A stretch of 58,907 bases of DNA from a virus (Duplodnaviria > Caudoviricetes), in IMG/VR virus record IMGVR_UViG_3300032237_000741, positions 1 to 58,907 of that record. One strand, given 5' to 3'. The first letter of the stretch is position 1, and the number at the start of each line of letters is the position of its first letter. The notes under the pieces were generated by a model that saw only the letters and a program-made list of their open reading frames with translations, had not been told where the DNA came from and did not search any database. The translations under genes and the position numbers were made by a program. Below are positions 10,371 through 21,051 of this stretch, one piece after another.

Positions 10371-11337
10371 TTATTCTTTGCTGATGGACGAATCAAACAA
10401 TATCTTTAGTTTAACTAACGATCATATATTACAGTATTTAGGTATTACAAAAAGTCGAAAGTTTATTAATCCTTTGAAAGAAGAGTTTTATGTATTGTAC
10501 GACAAAGACACCTTGTTAAAGTTTCTGAGAAGTAAACAGGCCATTTATCGTAATAAAATCAGAAACTCTGTTAAAAGAGTGTATTCCGAAGAATCTAAAG
10601 AAAGAATGAGAGTCTCTAGAAAAATGTTTTGGAATTCAATTAAAGACACTGACCGAGAAGCTGAGCTAAAATTGATTTCTAAAAATTCTATGAAAAAAAT
10701 TAATGAACTACGATTAAATCAAACTGAAGATGCTAAGTCGTCTCGTGTTAAAACGAGAAAAGAAAAATACGATTTTTGGCACTCAGAAGTTACTAAAAAT
10801 AAAATCGGTAATTCGCAAATAGGAAAAGTTGTATCCGACGAAACTCGTAGTAGACAGTCACTGGCTGCAAAAAACGTGCCTAAATTAAATAGGCGCGCCG
10901 ACCATAACAGTTCTAAACGTTTGGAAGTAAGAAACAAAATTTCTGATAGTATCAAGTATTTGCATCGAATTGGTAAATATCCACTTAAAGTTAAATCTAA
11001 AGGACATGCTGAGATTGAAACTATAGTTATAAATTTGGGATATAGAGTAGTATCGGAATATCGATTAGGTAGATACTCGTATGACATTTACATTCCCGAA
11101 ATAAATGTGATTTTAGAATTTCATGGAACGTATTGGCATTTAGACCCTGGGATATATGAAGCCGATTTTTATGATAAATCTAAAAACCGTACTGCTACAG
11201 AACAGTGGGAACGTGATGATATTAAAAAATCACATGCCATTTCCAACGGATATAAATTTTTTACTATTTGGCAGCGAGAGTGGGAATGTTTAAATGAGGA
11301 ACAAAAAATTTCAAAAATAAAAAATATCATATGTTAA
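10336..11337 (+). CDS. Free-standing homing endonuclease (NUMOD3 repeats plus Vsr/DUF559-like nuclease)
   Basis: SEESKERMR, HSEVTKNKIG and VSDETRSRQS NUMOD3-like repeats; YDIYIPEINVILEFHGTYWH...RDDIK; ATG 10336 preferred over the TTG at 10297. Confidence 0.85.
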   Translation: MSMYTKVQLDYLYSLLMDESNNIFSLTNDHILQYLGITKSRKFINPLKEEFYVLYDKDTLLKFLRSKQAIYRNKIRNSVKRVYSEESKERMRVSRKMFWNSIKDTDREAELKLISKNSMKKINELRLNQTEDAKSSRVKTRKEKYDFWHSEVTKNKIGNSQIGKVVSDETRSRQSLAAKNVPKLNRRADHNSSKRLEVRNKISDSIKYLHRIGKYPLKVKSKGHAEIETIVINLGYRVVSEYRLGRYSYDIYIPEINVILEFHGTYWHLDPGIYEADFYDKSKNRTATEQWERDDIKKSHAISNGYKFFTIWQREWECLNEEQKISKIKNIIC

Positions 11338-12392
11338 AATATTATGCTGATTTACTTAAACAGCTTCAACAAGAAAAACAATCAACCGTCGACTTGAACC
11401 AAAATTCTAAGGTTCTGATAGTCGACGGTCTTTGACTGAACTCTTTTATTCGCGTCTTTAGCGCAGTTCCATTGGTCAATGACAATGGCGAACATATAGG
11501 AGGTTATATAGGATTTTTACGATCCATAGCTGCTGTTATCAGACAGTTCAAACCTACTAGGTGTGTGATTGTGTTTGACGGTAAAGGAGGGTCTGCACGT
11601 AGAAAAAAGATGCACTCTGGATACAAAGAAGGGAGGGCACTGTCAACCAGATTTCGTCGTAGAGAGGATATCGGTGAACAAACTGTAGAGTCGGAAATTG
11701 AATCCATGAAATTACAAATGGGTAAGTTGGTAAGTTATTTACAAGCACTGCCAGTTACACTTATTTCCATAGACCATATCGAAGCTGACGATACCATTGC
11801 TTATTTAACGACAGAAGTGTTTCGACCTAAAGGTTCGGAAATCATCATCATGTCTGACGATAAAGACTTTGTTCAGTTAATTGACGATAAAACTTCAGTG
11901 TGGAGACCTGTAGAAAAGAAATTTTACACTCCTAAAGAAGTAGTAGATAGATTTGGAATTCCATGTCACAATTTTATTCATTATAAAGTTTTCATGGGAG
12001 ATGGTTCAGACAACATTAAAGGTATAAACGGCGTCGGAATCAAAACCCTTCAATCCAAATTTCCCCTGTTGCTAGAACCTGAAAGGGTAGGGTTAGATGA
12101 AATTTTACAGTACTGTAAAGACCGCCAAACCGAACATAAAGTTTATAAAACTGTTTTGGAAAATGAAGCAGTTATGAAACTGAATTGGGATTTGATGTCT
12201 TTGGAAGAGTTAGATATATCAGGTAATTATAAATCTATAATTGCTGACATTGCTGAAAGACCGATACCAAAATTAGATGCTTTCAATTTTAAAAAGATGA
12301 TAATGATGGACAAGGCATACACTGCTATTACTAATCCAGACTCTTGGTTGCAACAAAGTTTTTCGACGCTAGCAGCATTTAGCGAAAGATAA
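11331..12392 (+). CDS. FEN/T4 RNase H-like 5'-3' exonuclease; in-frame TGA at 11433-11435 (candidate recoding)
   Basis: KVLIVDGL*LNSFIR N-terminal catalytic motif lies upstream of the ORF-track start; VFDG, YKEGR, EADD, SDDKDFVQL, GDGSDNIKGINGVG. Confidence 0.85.
11382..11438 (+). other. Candidate recoding element: hairpin + CTT-TGA-CTG
   Basis: ACCGTCGACT (11385-94) / AGTCGACGGT (11420-29) stem with inner GAACC/GGTTC, immediately before CTT TGA CTG. Confidence 0.65.
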
Positions 12393-12430
12393 TTTTGGTA
12401 AAATTTAAAGAATAATATAAATTATTGATT

Positions 12431-13795
12431 ATGATAGAAAAATTTAGTTATGGGTATGGATTTCAAGTTAAAACAGTATCCTGTTTATTGACTGATAGGT
12501 CATTTGTGCAGCAAGTGTCGGATATACTCCTTCCAGAATTCTTTGAATCAGAATCAAATCAATGGGTAGTAAATGTTATAATAAAATATTTTCAAGAATA
12601 TGGGTCGATACCAACTTTAGATGTATTTAAAATCAAAACTCAAGAAGTCGAGCGAGATGTTTTAAAGGCTGCTATTGTCGAGTCTTTAAAAGATGCTTAC
12701 AAGTATTTGGAATCAGATGACTTGGAATTTGTAAAAGAGCAAGTACTCGACTTTTGTAAGAACCAATGTATTAAAGGAGCGATTTTAGAGTCAGTTGAAT
12801 TACTTCGTAAAGGAGAGTATGAGTCGATTAAAAAGTCCATTGACACTGCTATGAAAGCAGGTGCGAACAGAGATATTGGATATGAGTTCATGAAAGGAAT
12901 TCAAGCCAGGTACACTGAAAATGTTCGTAATACTATCCCGACTTGTTGGTCTTTGATAAATGATTTAGCAGGAGGTGGATTTGGGGCCGGCGAGTTGATA
13001 ATTTTTGTAGCTCCTCCAGGTATAGGTAAGTCAACAGCTATGATGAATGTTGGTGCTGCAGCAGTTCAGAAAGGATTGAATGTTGTACATTACACAATGG
13101 AGCTTTCAGAAGCTTACACTGCTCAAAGGTATGACGCGATTATCACTGGTATTGCAACGCAAAACTTAAAATATCATTTGGATGAAGTAGAGCATGAACT
13201 GCACAAACGAGTAACAGGTAGTTTAACAATTAAGTATTATCCAACAAAGTCTGCTTCAGTCAATACTTTGAAAGCGCACTTGGATCAAATGATTTTATTA
13301 GGTACCAAGCCTGATATGATTATCATTGACTATGCCGATCTCTTAAGAGGTACTGGCAGAACTCGAGATAAGTTGCATGAAGACTTGGAAATTGTGTATG
13401 AAGAAATGCGTGGATTGGCAGGCGAGTATAAAATTCCAGTCTTTTCAGCTTCGCAGTCAAACAGAAATTCTGCGGAGTCTGAAATTGTAACAGGTGACCA
13501 AATAGCATCGTCATTTGCAAAAGTAATGGTGGCAGATTTTATTATTTCATTGTCAAGAAAAGTTACTGATAAAATTGCTGGAACAGGAAGGTTTTTCATT
13601 ATTAAAAATCGTTTCGGACCGGACGGATTAACACTTCCAAGTAAGATAAACATGAGTAATGGTAAAATGGAATTGTATGAAGAAACTTCTGCACAAGGAA
13701 AGGAAACTAAACAAGACATGGCTTCTGGAGAAACACTTTTGAGGAAATCTTTGTTGAATAAATACAAAGAAATTTCCGGAGACTCACTCGGATAA
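12431..13795 (+). CDS. Replicative DnaB/T4 gp41-like helicase
   Basis: Walker A APPGIGKS, YTMELSE, IIIDYADL, SQSNR, KNRFG. Confidence 0.9.
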   Translation: MIEKFSYGYGFQVKTVSCLLTDRSFVQQVSDILLPEFFESESNQWVVNVIIKYFQEYGSIPTLDVFKIKTQEVERDVLKAAIVESLKDAYKYLESDDLEFVKEQVLDFCKNQCIKGAILESVELLRKGEYESIKKSIDTAMKAGANRDIGYEFMKGIQARYTENVRNTIPTCWSLINDLAGGGFGAGELIIFVAPPGIGKSTAMMNVGAAAVQKGLNVVHYTMELSEAYTAQRYDAIITGIATQNLKYHLDEVEHELHKRVTGSLTIKYYPTKSASVNTLKAHLDQMILLGTKPDMIIIDYADLLRGTGRTRDKLHEDLEIVYEEMRGLAGEYKIPVFSASQSNRNSAESEIVTGDQIASSFAKVMVADFIISLSRKVTDKIAGTGRFFIIKNRFGPDGLTLPSKINMSNGKMELYEETSAQGKETKQDMASGETLLRKSLLNKYKEISGDSLG

Positions 13796-13858
13796 TTTAC
13801 AGATAAATCATAATTATATATCCGGTCGGGAATATTCGATTACAATTAAATCAGTACA

Positions 13859-14839
13859 ATGAATAACAATATATTTATGCCTAGGGTAAACATTCTGCCC
13901 TATGAATACCCATCATTATTAGCCTACAAGGATGCAATCAGACACTCGTATTGGATTGACACTGAATTCAACTTTACCACAGATATTGACGACTTTAAAA
14001 CTAAAGTATCCGATTCTGAAAGAGAAGTGATCAAGCGTGCCATGTTAGCAATCGCTCAGATAGAGGTCAATGTAAAGACTTTCTGGGCTGACATGTATAA
14101 ACGAATGCCAATCACTGAAGTTGGAGATGTCGGTATGACTTTTGCAGAGTCTGAAGTTCGACACAAAGACGCTTATGCAAGACTTTTGAGAATTTTAGGG
14201 TTGGAAGAAGAGTTCCAACACGTTATAGAAATTCCAGCTATCAAAGACCGTATAGCATACTTGAAAAAGTATTTAGATGGCATTCGCAGTCACGACAATA
14301 AAATGTACACCAAGTCAGTACTTTTATTTTCTTTATTCATCGAACATGTAAGTCTTTTCAGTCAATTCTTTATAATGATGTCTTTCAACAAAGAAAGAAA
14401 TTTATTCAAAGGCATTTCCAATGTAGTAGAGGCTACATCTAAAGAAGAAGACATACACGGTAATTTTGGTTCTGAAATCATCAATATCATTAAAAAAGAA
14501 AATCCAGAGTGGTTTGATGAGGAGTTTGAACAGCTCATTTACTCTGCATGTAAAAAAGCTTACAAAGCAGAGTGTAAAATACTAGATTGGATTTTTGAAC
14601 AAGGCGAGTTGTCGTTTTTATCTAAAAAAACCATACAACATTTCATTCAAAATCGATTCAATAACTCATTGATTAAAATTGGAATGGAACCGTTGTTCGA
14701 TGTAGACTTCTTGGAAATAGAAAAAACTTTGTGGTTTGACGTGGAAATTACTTCGACTAAAGAAGGCGACTTTTTCTATAAAAAACAAATAGACTACAAC
14801 AAAAAAAGTAAGAGTATCACTGAAGACGATTTATTTTAA
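13859..14839 (+). CDS. nrdB: Class I ribonucleotide reductase beta subunit
   Basis: ESEVRHKDAY, IEHVSLFSQF and KEEDIH di-metal ligands; C-terminal DFF. Confidence 0.92.
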   Translation: MNNNIFMPRVNILPYEYPSLLAYKDAIRHSYWIDTEFNFTTDIDDFKTKVSDSEREVIKRAMLAIAQIEVNVKTFWADMYKRMPITEVGDVGMTFAESEVRHKDAYARLLRILGLEEEFQHVIEIPAIKDRIAYLKKYLDGIRSHDNKMYTKSVLLFSLFIEHVSLFSQFFIMMSFNKERNLFKGISNVVEATSKEEDIHGNFGSEIINIIKKENPEWFDEEFEQLIYSACKKAYKAECKILDWIFEQGELSFLSKKTIQHFIQNRFNNSLIKIGMEPLFDVDFLEIEKTLWFDVEITSTKEGDFFYKKQIDYNKKSKSITEDDLF

Positions 14840-14844
14840 ACGAT

Positions 14845-16470
14845 ATGGAACATACAAAGTATTACTGGCTAAATGAAAATAGCCGAACTTTCTTGTCCAG
14901 GGGCTATATAGAAGAAACTCCTGAACAAAGAATTAAAGATATTGCTAATACAGCAGAGCGATATTTGAAAATAGACGGATTTGCTGTGAAGTTTGAAGAG
15001 TACATGTCTAAAGGATATTACAGTCTATCAACTCCTGTGTGGATTAACTTCGGGAAAGAAAAAGGACTTCCTATCAGTTGTTACGGGTCGAACATTGACG
15101 ATACGCTAGACTCTATTTTAAATGCTGCTAGAGAAATTGGAATGATGTCTAAGTATGGCGGTGGAACTTCTGCATATTTAGGAAACATCAGAGCACGCGG
15201 CACTAAAATTTCAACAGGTGGTACAGCAGACGGACCTGTACACTATGCTCGTTTGTACGATACTACAATTGATGTATCTAAACAATCTGAAGCTAGAAGA
15301 GGTGCGTGTGCAGTGTATCTTCCTATCGAACATGGAGATATTTTAGAGTTTCTAGACATTGGTACTGAAGGAAACCCTATACAAAATTTACAATATGGTG
15401 TAACTGTTACAGATGCGTGGTTGTCGGAAATGAAATACGGGGACGCTGATAAGCGTAAGATATGGGCGAAAATTATACAGCGTCGTTCTGAGTTTGGATT
15501 TCCTTACATCATGTTTTATGACAATGCAAACAATAATACACCGTACAAAGATTTAGGTTTGAAAATCACAGCATCAAATTTGTGTACTGAAATACAATTG
15601 CCGACAGATTCATTTAATTCTTTTGTTTGTTGCATTGGCTCTATTAACTTGCTACATTGGGATGAAATTAAAAACACTAACGCGATCGAAATTTACACCA
15701 TGTTTCTCAATGCTGTATTAGATGTATTCATATTCAAATCTTACAACATGCCGGGCATGAAACGTGCGCATCGATTCGCATCACAACACAGGGCAATTGG
15801 TGTGGGTGTTTTAGGATACCACTCTTTGTTACAGTCAAAATTGATTCAATTCGAGTCTTTACGCGCAAAGCAAATTAATTACGACATTTTCAAAACTCTT
15901 CAAGAAAGAACAGATGCTACTTCAAAATTGCTTTGTTCAGAGTCTGGGTATAAGTCGATAAGAGAAGGGTATGCTAATACTACATTGATTGCAGTGGCTC
16001 CTACAAAATCTAGCTCATTTATTCTAGGACAAGTTTCCATGGGAGTAGAACCAATCAAATCCAACTATTTTATTAAGGACTTAGCTAAGTCTAAAACGAT
16101 TTATAAAAATCCTTATTTAGAAATTGAGTTAAGTAAGTATGGATTGAATACTCCTGAAGTTTGGGAAAGTATTTTGAAAAAAGATGGGTCGGTGCAACAT
16201 TTAGACTTTCCTACCAAAGAAGTGTTCAAGTCATTTATTGAAATTTCCCCTAAGGAAATTATACTTCAGGCAGCACAAAGACAGCCATTCATAGACCAAG
16301 CACAGTCTATAAACTTGATGATACATCCTTCGGTGCCGGCTAAAGACATCAATCAATTGTATTTGTACGCACATGAAAGTGGAATTAAAACCCTTTATTA
16401 TCAATTCAGTCAGTCGTCGGCACAGTCATTCTCAAGAAATATTTTAGAATGTGTCAGTTGCGAATCTTAA
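14845..16470 (+). CDS. nrdA: Class I ribonucleotide reductase alpha subunit (short, no ATP cone)
   Basis: PISC, SNLCTEI, APTKSSS, IKTLYY, C-terminal CVSC. Confidence 0.93.
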   Translation: MEHTKYYWLNENSRTFLSRGYIEETPEQRIKDIANTAERYLKIDGFAVKFEEYMSKGYYSLSTPVWINFGKEKGLPISCYGSNIDDTLDSILNAAREIGMMSKYGGGTSAYLGNIRARGTKISTGGTADGPVHYARLYDTTIDVSKQSEARRGACAVYLPIEHGDILEFLDIGTEGNPIQNLQYGVTVTDAWLSEMKYGDADKRKIWAKIIQRRSEFGFPYIMFYDNANNNTPYKDLGLKITASNLCTEIQLPTDSFNSFVCCIGSINLLHWDEIKNTNAIEIYTMFLNAVLDVFIFKSYNMPGMKRAHRFASQHRAIGVGVLGYHSLLQSKLIQFESLRAKQINYDIFKTLQERTDATSKLLCSESGYKSIREGYANTTLIAVAPTKSSSFILGQVSMGVEPIKSNYFIKDLAKSKTIYKNPYLEIELSKYGLNTPEVWESILKKDGSVQHLDFPTKEVFKSFIEISPKEIILQAAQRQPFIDQAQSINLMIHPSVPAKDINQLYLYAHESGIKTLYYQFSQSSAQSFSRNILECVSCES

Positions 16471-16510
16471 TTAAGTCTTTGTAGATATTTATATTTAAAA
16501 ATTAATACAA

Positions 16511-17032
16511 ATGAAACTTAAAAAAATACTAGAAGAGATTCTGTTAACAGAACGATTCGTAAATTTAAAATCTTCAGATGAGAGAGCGCAATATCTAGAC
16601 ATTGTTTGGGAAATATTACAAAATACATATAAAGACATCGGAGGATTTAAGTCGTCTACTAAAGATTCGCTCATCAACGAAACGTCAATGTGGAAGTTGA
16701 GCAGAAGAGATGGAAAAATTGTTGCTGCTGTATTATATGTTAATAAACGTGGTACCAAACTGGTAGGTGCTGGAACTGATGGGTCGCCAGACGGCAAAAA
16801 AGATATGTATATGATAATATCAGAAGATATTAAATTTAAACGTGTGTGGGCCGAAGTGTCTGGCGCCGTGGAACATATATATTTAAAATTAGGAGCGACA
16901 AAAGTTCCGAATGACATGGCTGCCGAAATATTAAATAAACAAATATTATCATTGAATCCGGACGGCTATCATTATACCAGACTGATAAAAGGCCATCCAC
17001 ATGAAAAAATGATTATTGGGACTGTCAAATAA
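16511..17032 (+). CDS. Hypothetical protein, probably late-expressed
   Basis: ATATTTAT at 16485; MKLKKILEEILLTE leader. Confidence 0.6.
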   Translation: MKLKKILEEILLTERFVNLKSSDERAQYLDIVWEILQNTYKDIGGFKSSTKDSLINETSMWKLSRRDGKIVAAVLYVNKRGTKLVGAGTDGSPDGKKDMYMIISEDIKFKRVWAEVSGAVEHIYLKLGATKVPNDMAAEILNKQILSLNPDGYHYTRLIKGHPHEKMIIGTVK

Positions 17033-17059
17033 TTTCAAAAGAATTTCATATATTTAAGT

Positions 17060-17638
17060 ATGACGAACATAATTTATATACATGGGTTTGCGTCTTCTGG
17101 AAATTCAGACAAAGCAAATTTACTTAAAAAAGAATTTCCGGATGACAGGATATTGTCACCCACATTACCAGCTGACCCTAAAAAAGCAATTTCACAATTA
17201 CATTCCATGATTTTTAAAAATGAAAATGTTATAGTAGTTGGAACTTCGCTAGGCGGTTTTTACGCTACTTATATAGCCTGTATGTATGATGTGCCAGCAT
17301 TTATTATCAATCCTTCACTAATGCCATACATTGACATTAAGCGTATACTTAAAACGCACACTGGAAAACGATTGGGCACTGACGAGCCATATGATTTTAA
17401 GGAAGAATACTTAAAAGACTTAAAAGACTTGTTTGATAAAATGCATTCCACTGATAAGGAAAGTTACAATTTGCATTTTTATTTATCATCAGATGATGAA
17501 GTTTTAACTTTTGAAAAACTAGATGATTTGTTTCCTAACAAGACTCATGTAAAGATTTTTGATAATTCCGGGCACAGGTTTTCTAGATTTCAAGAAATAT
17601 TGCCAGATATTCGCAAAGTTTTAGAAGAATTAGATTAG
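17060..17638 (+). CDS. YqiA/YcfP-like alpha/beta hydrolase (esterase)
   Basis: YIHGFAS, GTSLGG nucleophile elbow, INP, DEVL, GHRF. Confidence 0.85.
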   Translation: MTNIIYIHGFASSGNSDKANLLKKEFPDDRILSPTLPADPKKAISQLHSMIFKNENVIVVGTSLGGFYATYIACMYDVPAFIINPSLMPYIDIKRILKTHTGKRLGTDEPYDFKEEYLKDLKDLFDKMHSTDKESYNLHFYLSSDDEVLTFEKLDDLFPNKTHVKIFDNSGHRFSRFQEILPDIRKVLEELD

Positions 17639-17639
17639 A

Positions 17640-18284
17640 ATGTTGAGTGTTACAAAAAATAAATTTGATACAAACGGATATTGGAGCAATCCAATCCCCG
17701 TCGATATCGCTTTTGGTAACCCAACCATTTCTAGTAAATATGTTGAACTTTTTGACCAAAATGGATATGATTTAACGATTTTAGAAACGCTGTACGCTTC
17801 TGCAAATCAACATCCGTACATCTCACATCGATACAAACAATGTTTAAAACAGGAATGGTTTGTTCAAGATGAAAAAAATGAAGGAGCTGTTTTAAATCAC
17901 GCATACTTATTTGAAAGAAAGGGATATGAAGGTGCTGCTGCTGAACAGTTACAAAAATGGTGTCGGAAAAATCCCACACTTTACAAAGTACTAAAGTATC
18001 GACCTAAATGGGGTATTGACTTTAGTATGGATTGGGTGGATATGGATGGTAATGTATTTGAAATACTACACTTTGAGTATGATGGCTTCGATTACAAAGA
18101 AATTGAATTGGTTCGAAAAAAATTAGAAAAACACCTGTTGTCTATAGACTGGGACACTGCAGGTAAAGATTTATTAAAAAGAAAATCTGAATGGCATCAT
18201 TTAGGATTTTTCGAACAGTCAGAATGGAAGTGTAATTATTTTAACATCATACCTGAGCGATTTAAAATGGTAGCTTGGGAATAA
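17640..18284 (+). CDS. Conserved hypothetical phage protein
   Basis: 214-aa ORF; FDQNGYDL and PKWGIDFSMDW segments; no function recognised. Confidence 0.6.
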   Translation: MLSVTKNKFDTNGYWSNPIPVDIAFGNPTISSKYVELFDQNGYDLTILETLYASANQHPYISHRYKQCLKQEWFVQDEKNEGAVLNHAYLFERKGYEGAAAEQLQKWCRKNPTLYKVLKYRPKWGIDFSMDWVDMDGNVFEILHFEYDGFDYKEIELVRKKLEKHLLSIDWDTAGKDLLKRKSEWHHLGFFEQSEWKCNYFNIIPERFKMVAWE

Positions 18285-18294
18285 ATTAACAGTT

Positions 18295-18762
18295 ATGCAG
18301 AAAATTTTATTTAAGCGTTTAAGAGAAAACGTGGAATTGCCTAGGCGAGCGACAGAGTTTGCTGGCGGATGGGACGTAACAGTTTCGGAAATTGAAAAAA
18401 AGTCAGACGATTTTTACGTTTGCAAATTAGGATGGTCAGCAGCAATACCTGCAGGTTTTAAATTGACTTTGGTACCTAGGTCATCTATTACTAACACTAA
18501 ATGGGTAATGCAAAATTCTCCGGGATTAGGTGATGCTGATTATACAGGAGAATATCAATTCAGATTTCGAGCAATGCCAGAGGCCGGTAAATATGTAATA
18601 GGCGGCGCTGTAGATTTTGTTTATCCTGAGTTTCCATTTAAAGTAGGTGACAGGGTAGGGCAAGTTTATTTGGAAGAAGTAATTTCAGTTGTATGGACTG
18701 AAGTAGACGAGTTGCCAGCCACTGAACGTGGCGAAGGTGGGTTCGGTTCTACCGGAAAATAA
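18295..18762 (+). CDS. dut: Trimeric dUTPase
   Basis: AGGWD, PRSS, DADYTGE, GDRVGQ, RGEGGFGSTG. Confidence 0.93.
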   Translation: MQKILFKRLRENVELPRRATEFAGGWDVTVSEIEKKSDDFYVCKLGWSAAIPAGFKLTLVPRSSITNTKWVMQNSPGLGDADYTGEYQFRFRAMPEAGKYVIGGAVDFVYPEFPFKVGDRVGQVYLEEVISVVWTEVDELPATERGEGGFGSTGK

Positions 18763-18765
18763 ATT

Positions 18766-18790
18766 AAATACTCCTCACGGGGAGTATTTT
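18766..18790 (+). terminator. Probable intrinsic terminator after dut
   Basis: AAATACTCC-TCACGG-GGAGTATTT stem-loop with T run. Confidence 0.6.
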
Positions 18791-18831
18791 CATGATTATT
18801 TAATAGTTTTATATTTATTTTAAAGTAAATT

Positions 18832-19203
18832 ATGAAAGAAATCGCGTCGTTATTTTTTCACTCTAGAACACAAGCACATGTATTTCACTTACGTGTGAAG
18901 AAGTCTGGGTCATACGCAGCACATAAAGCTCTACAAGAGTACTACGAATCAATTATAGAATTAGTCGACGGTTTGGTAGAGTCTTATCAGGGCAAATACG
19001 GATTAATCGAATTTCAAGATGTTGATGGTTTAGATAATAATGCTAGCGTTGAAAACATCATAAAGTATTTTGACAAGCTTTGCTCTGCTCTAATCAAAAT
19101 GCGTAAAGAAGAGTCTTTGCAAGATTCATGGATTCAAAATCAAATTGATACCATTGCAGAACTTTTGTATTCTACAAAATACAAATTAGAAAATTTAGAA
19201 TAA
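18832..19203 (+). CDS. Ferritin/Dps-like four-helix protein (DUF5856-like)
   Basis: QAHVFH, SYAAHKAL..YY, D.LVESYQG, NQIDTI...YKL pattern. Confidence 0.65.
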   Translation: MKEIASLFFHSRTQAHVFHLRVKKSGSYAAHKALQEYYESIIELVDGLVESYQGKYGLIEFQDVDGLDNNASVENIIKYFDKLCSALIKMRKEESLQDSWIQNQIDTIAELLYSTKYKLENLE

Positions 19204-21047
19204 TGAGCAAACTTAATTTAGACTCTATATTAAATCATACTGAGGAAGCTCATACTTCGTCTATTGCTGAAACTGTAGTGCACACTTACACAGACCCTGT
19301 TATAACATTTGACATGGATACAGTTTTAAGGGAGTGGGCTTACAGATGTGATAAAGGATATCCAGAAGTAGGAAACGTTTCGGATATGTGGCACTTGCAA
19401 GAAATTTTAAAAGAAATGGGTATTGAAAATCCATTTCCTCAAATAACTGAAGCTCCGGCAAAAGCCCCTGCTGTGGTTGTTAAGACTGTAAAAAAGAAAA
19501 GTTTAACTGCTAAGCAGTCACCTTCTACAATTGAAGGCTCGAGTACCCCCGATTTAAAAGAGGGATTGGTAATTTATTTTTCTACGCAGCCGAAAAAGAT
19601 ACTGGACATTGCTGCTGAAAAAGCTTCAAATCCAAAATCTACGAGTGTATTAACGCTTAGTACAACGATAGATACTAGATACTACGGCACAAAATCAGCT
19701 GCATTGGTAAGTAAGGCAATAGAGTTTTTAAATGAAAATTCTATTACTCCTAATAATTCTAAATTGTATTTGAATGCTATATCCATAGCTAGAAAGATAC
19801 AAAAATCTCTAAATGTCGAGCAAGTTCGTCAAGAAAGTATTGACAGAGGTGACTTGTATAATTCGATACGGAAGCATGCTGTTAAGTTAGTTTCTGAAAT
19901 GGGTATATCCTCGGATGAAGATAAGTGGTGTCCAGCAGACATTTACATATATAACGATTCTATATCTGCTAAACAAGCAGTACAGTCGGATACGTTGAAT
20001 GTAGGCGACATGTCATTAAATGCAATGTTCAATTCTGAATTTAGCACTGTTTCTGGAATTGTCGGCATATCACTTAAAGAAGAAAAAGCCCAGGCCGGGA
20101 AAGCAACTTCTTTTAGACAAATATTAACACGAGAAAATAACTATCCAGATGCATTGACATTGAGTCCTGTACAGAAAAGTACGATGGAGTTGTTATATAA
20201 TCTAAATATTTTAAAGATTAGTAACGCAAAAGTTACTCCAAGACTTAAAGTTGGATACGTTGCCGAGGCGTTACGCATAATTGAACGTAAGAAAATTAAA
20301 AATACTGAAAATATACGATTATTGTTAGAGCGCTCGCTGACATTAATTTTTAAGGGAAATGTTAGTGGTGTTACTGGTACAAAGGGAGGTTATAATAAAG
20401 ATGTTACTAGAAAGACGTTTGACTCTTTAGGTCTTACCGAACTTCCATTAGACCCTGAATTAATTCCGGCTATTGAATTTTATAGCGAAACTGTAAAGTC
20501 TGATGCCATAGCTGCATATAACAATAGTCGAAAAGCATTTGTTAGTACGCTAAATAGACTGCATTTTGCAGTCCCTAAAGAAACTCCGGACTTAAAAAAA
20601 CTAGACTCTGAGACTTTGTACAAAAAATCTAGTTGCTATTTAGTAGCTGAATACTTATTGTCAGGCCTGAACGCTGAAAAACTTAAATTGCCGCCGGCAT
20701 ATAAAACAATTACTACACAGAAAAATGCATTCGTTGCCATGACAGCGTATGCTATAGGAATGGGAGGTATATCGCCAACGTTCTTTAAGCTGGTAGGTTC
20801 TACATCAGGAACAGATGCTCACTTAGAACCTTTTTATGGAGATGGATTTTTAAATTCCACTCAAAATGATAAAACCAAAATTGTAGACACGAATAACTAT
20901 AAAGGATTTTATGTTACATTTATGGTAGACGTTACGATTGGAGCTGGTGAGCGTGTTAAGAAAAAAGGTTCATACGGAGTGACGTTGGATTTTAGATATG
21001 CCGGAGACCAACTAAATATTGAAGTTTCTGATTTGAAACAAGTTTAA
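19203..21047 (+). CDS. Hypothetical protein with possible PD-(D/E)xK nuclease-like domain
   Basis: KWCPADIYI...VGISLKE motif; N-terminal EWAYRCDKGYP domain. Confidence 0.5.
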   Translation: MSKLNLDSILNHTEEAHTSSIAETVVHTYTDPVITFDMDTVLREWAYRCDKGYPEVGNVSDMWHLQEILKEMGIENPFPQITEAPAKAPAVVVKTVKKKSLTAKQSPSTIEGSSTPDLKEGLVIYFSTQPKKILDIAAEKASNPKSTSVLTLSTTIDTRYYGTKSAALVSKAIEFLNENSITPNNSKLYLNAISIARKIQKSLNVEQVRQESIDRGDLYNSIRKHAVKLVSEMGISSDEDKWCPADIYIYNDSISAKQAVQSDTLNVGDMSLNAMFNSEFSTVSGIVGISLKEEKAQAGKATSFRQILTRENNYPDALTLSPVQKSTMELLYNLNILKISNAKVTPRLKVGYVAEALRIIERKKIKNTENIRLLLERSLTLIFKGNVSGVTGTKGGYNKDVTRKTFDSLGLTELPLDPELIPAIEFYSETVKSDAIAAYNNSRKAFVSTLNRLHFAVPKETPDLKKLDSETLYKKSSCYLVAEYLLSGLNAEKLKLPPAYKTITTQKNAFVAMTAYAIGMGGISPTFFKLVGSTSGTDAHLEPFYGDGFLNSTQNDKTKIVDTNNYKGFYVTFMVDVTIGAGERVKKKGSYGVTLDFRYAGDQLNIEVSDLKQV

Positions 21048-21051
21048 TTTA

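Noticed and set aside
11433-11435. Genome-wide TGA reassignment (Trp or Sec)
   Set aside because: TGA terminates several genes in ATGA overlaps, Trp is TGG, and readthrough cannot fix the frame at 41853
11430-11439. prfB-type +1 frameshift at CTT TGA C
   Set aside because: The +1 frame stops after one codon (GAC TGA) and the coding sequence continues in frame 0
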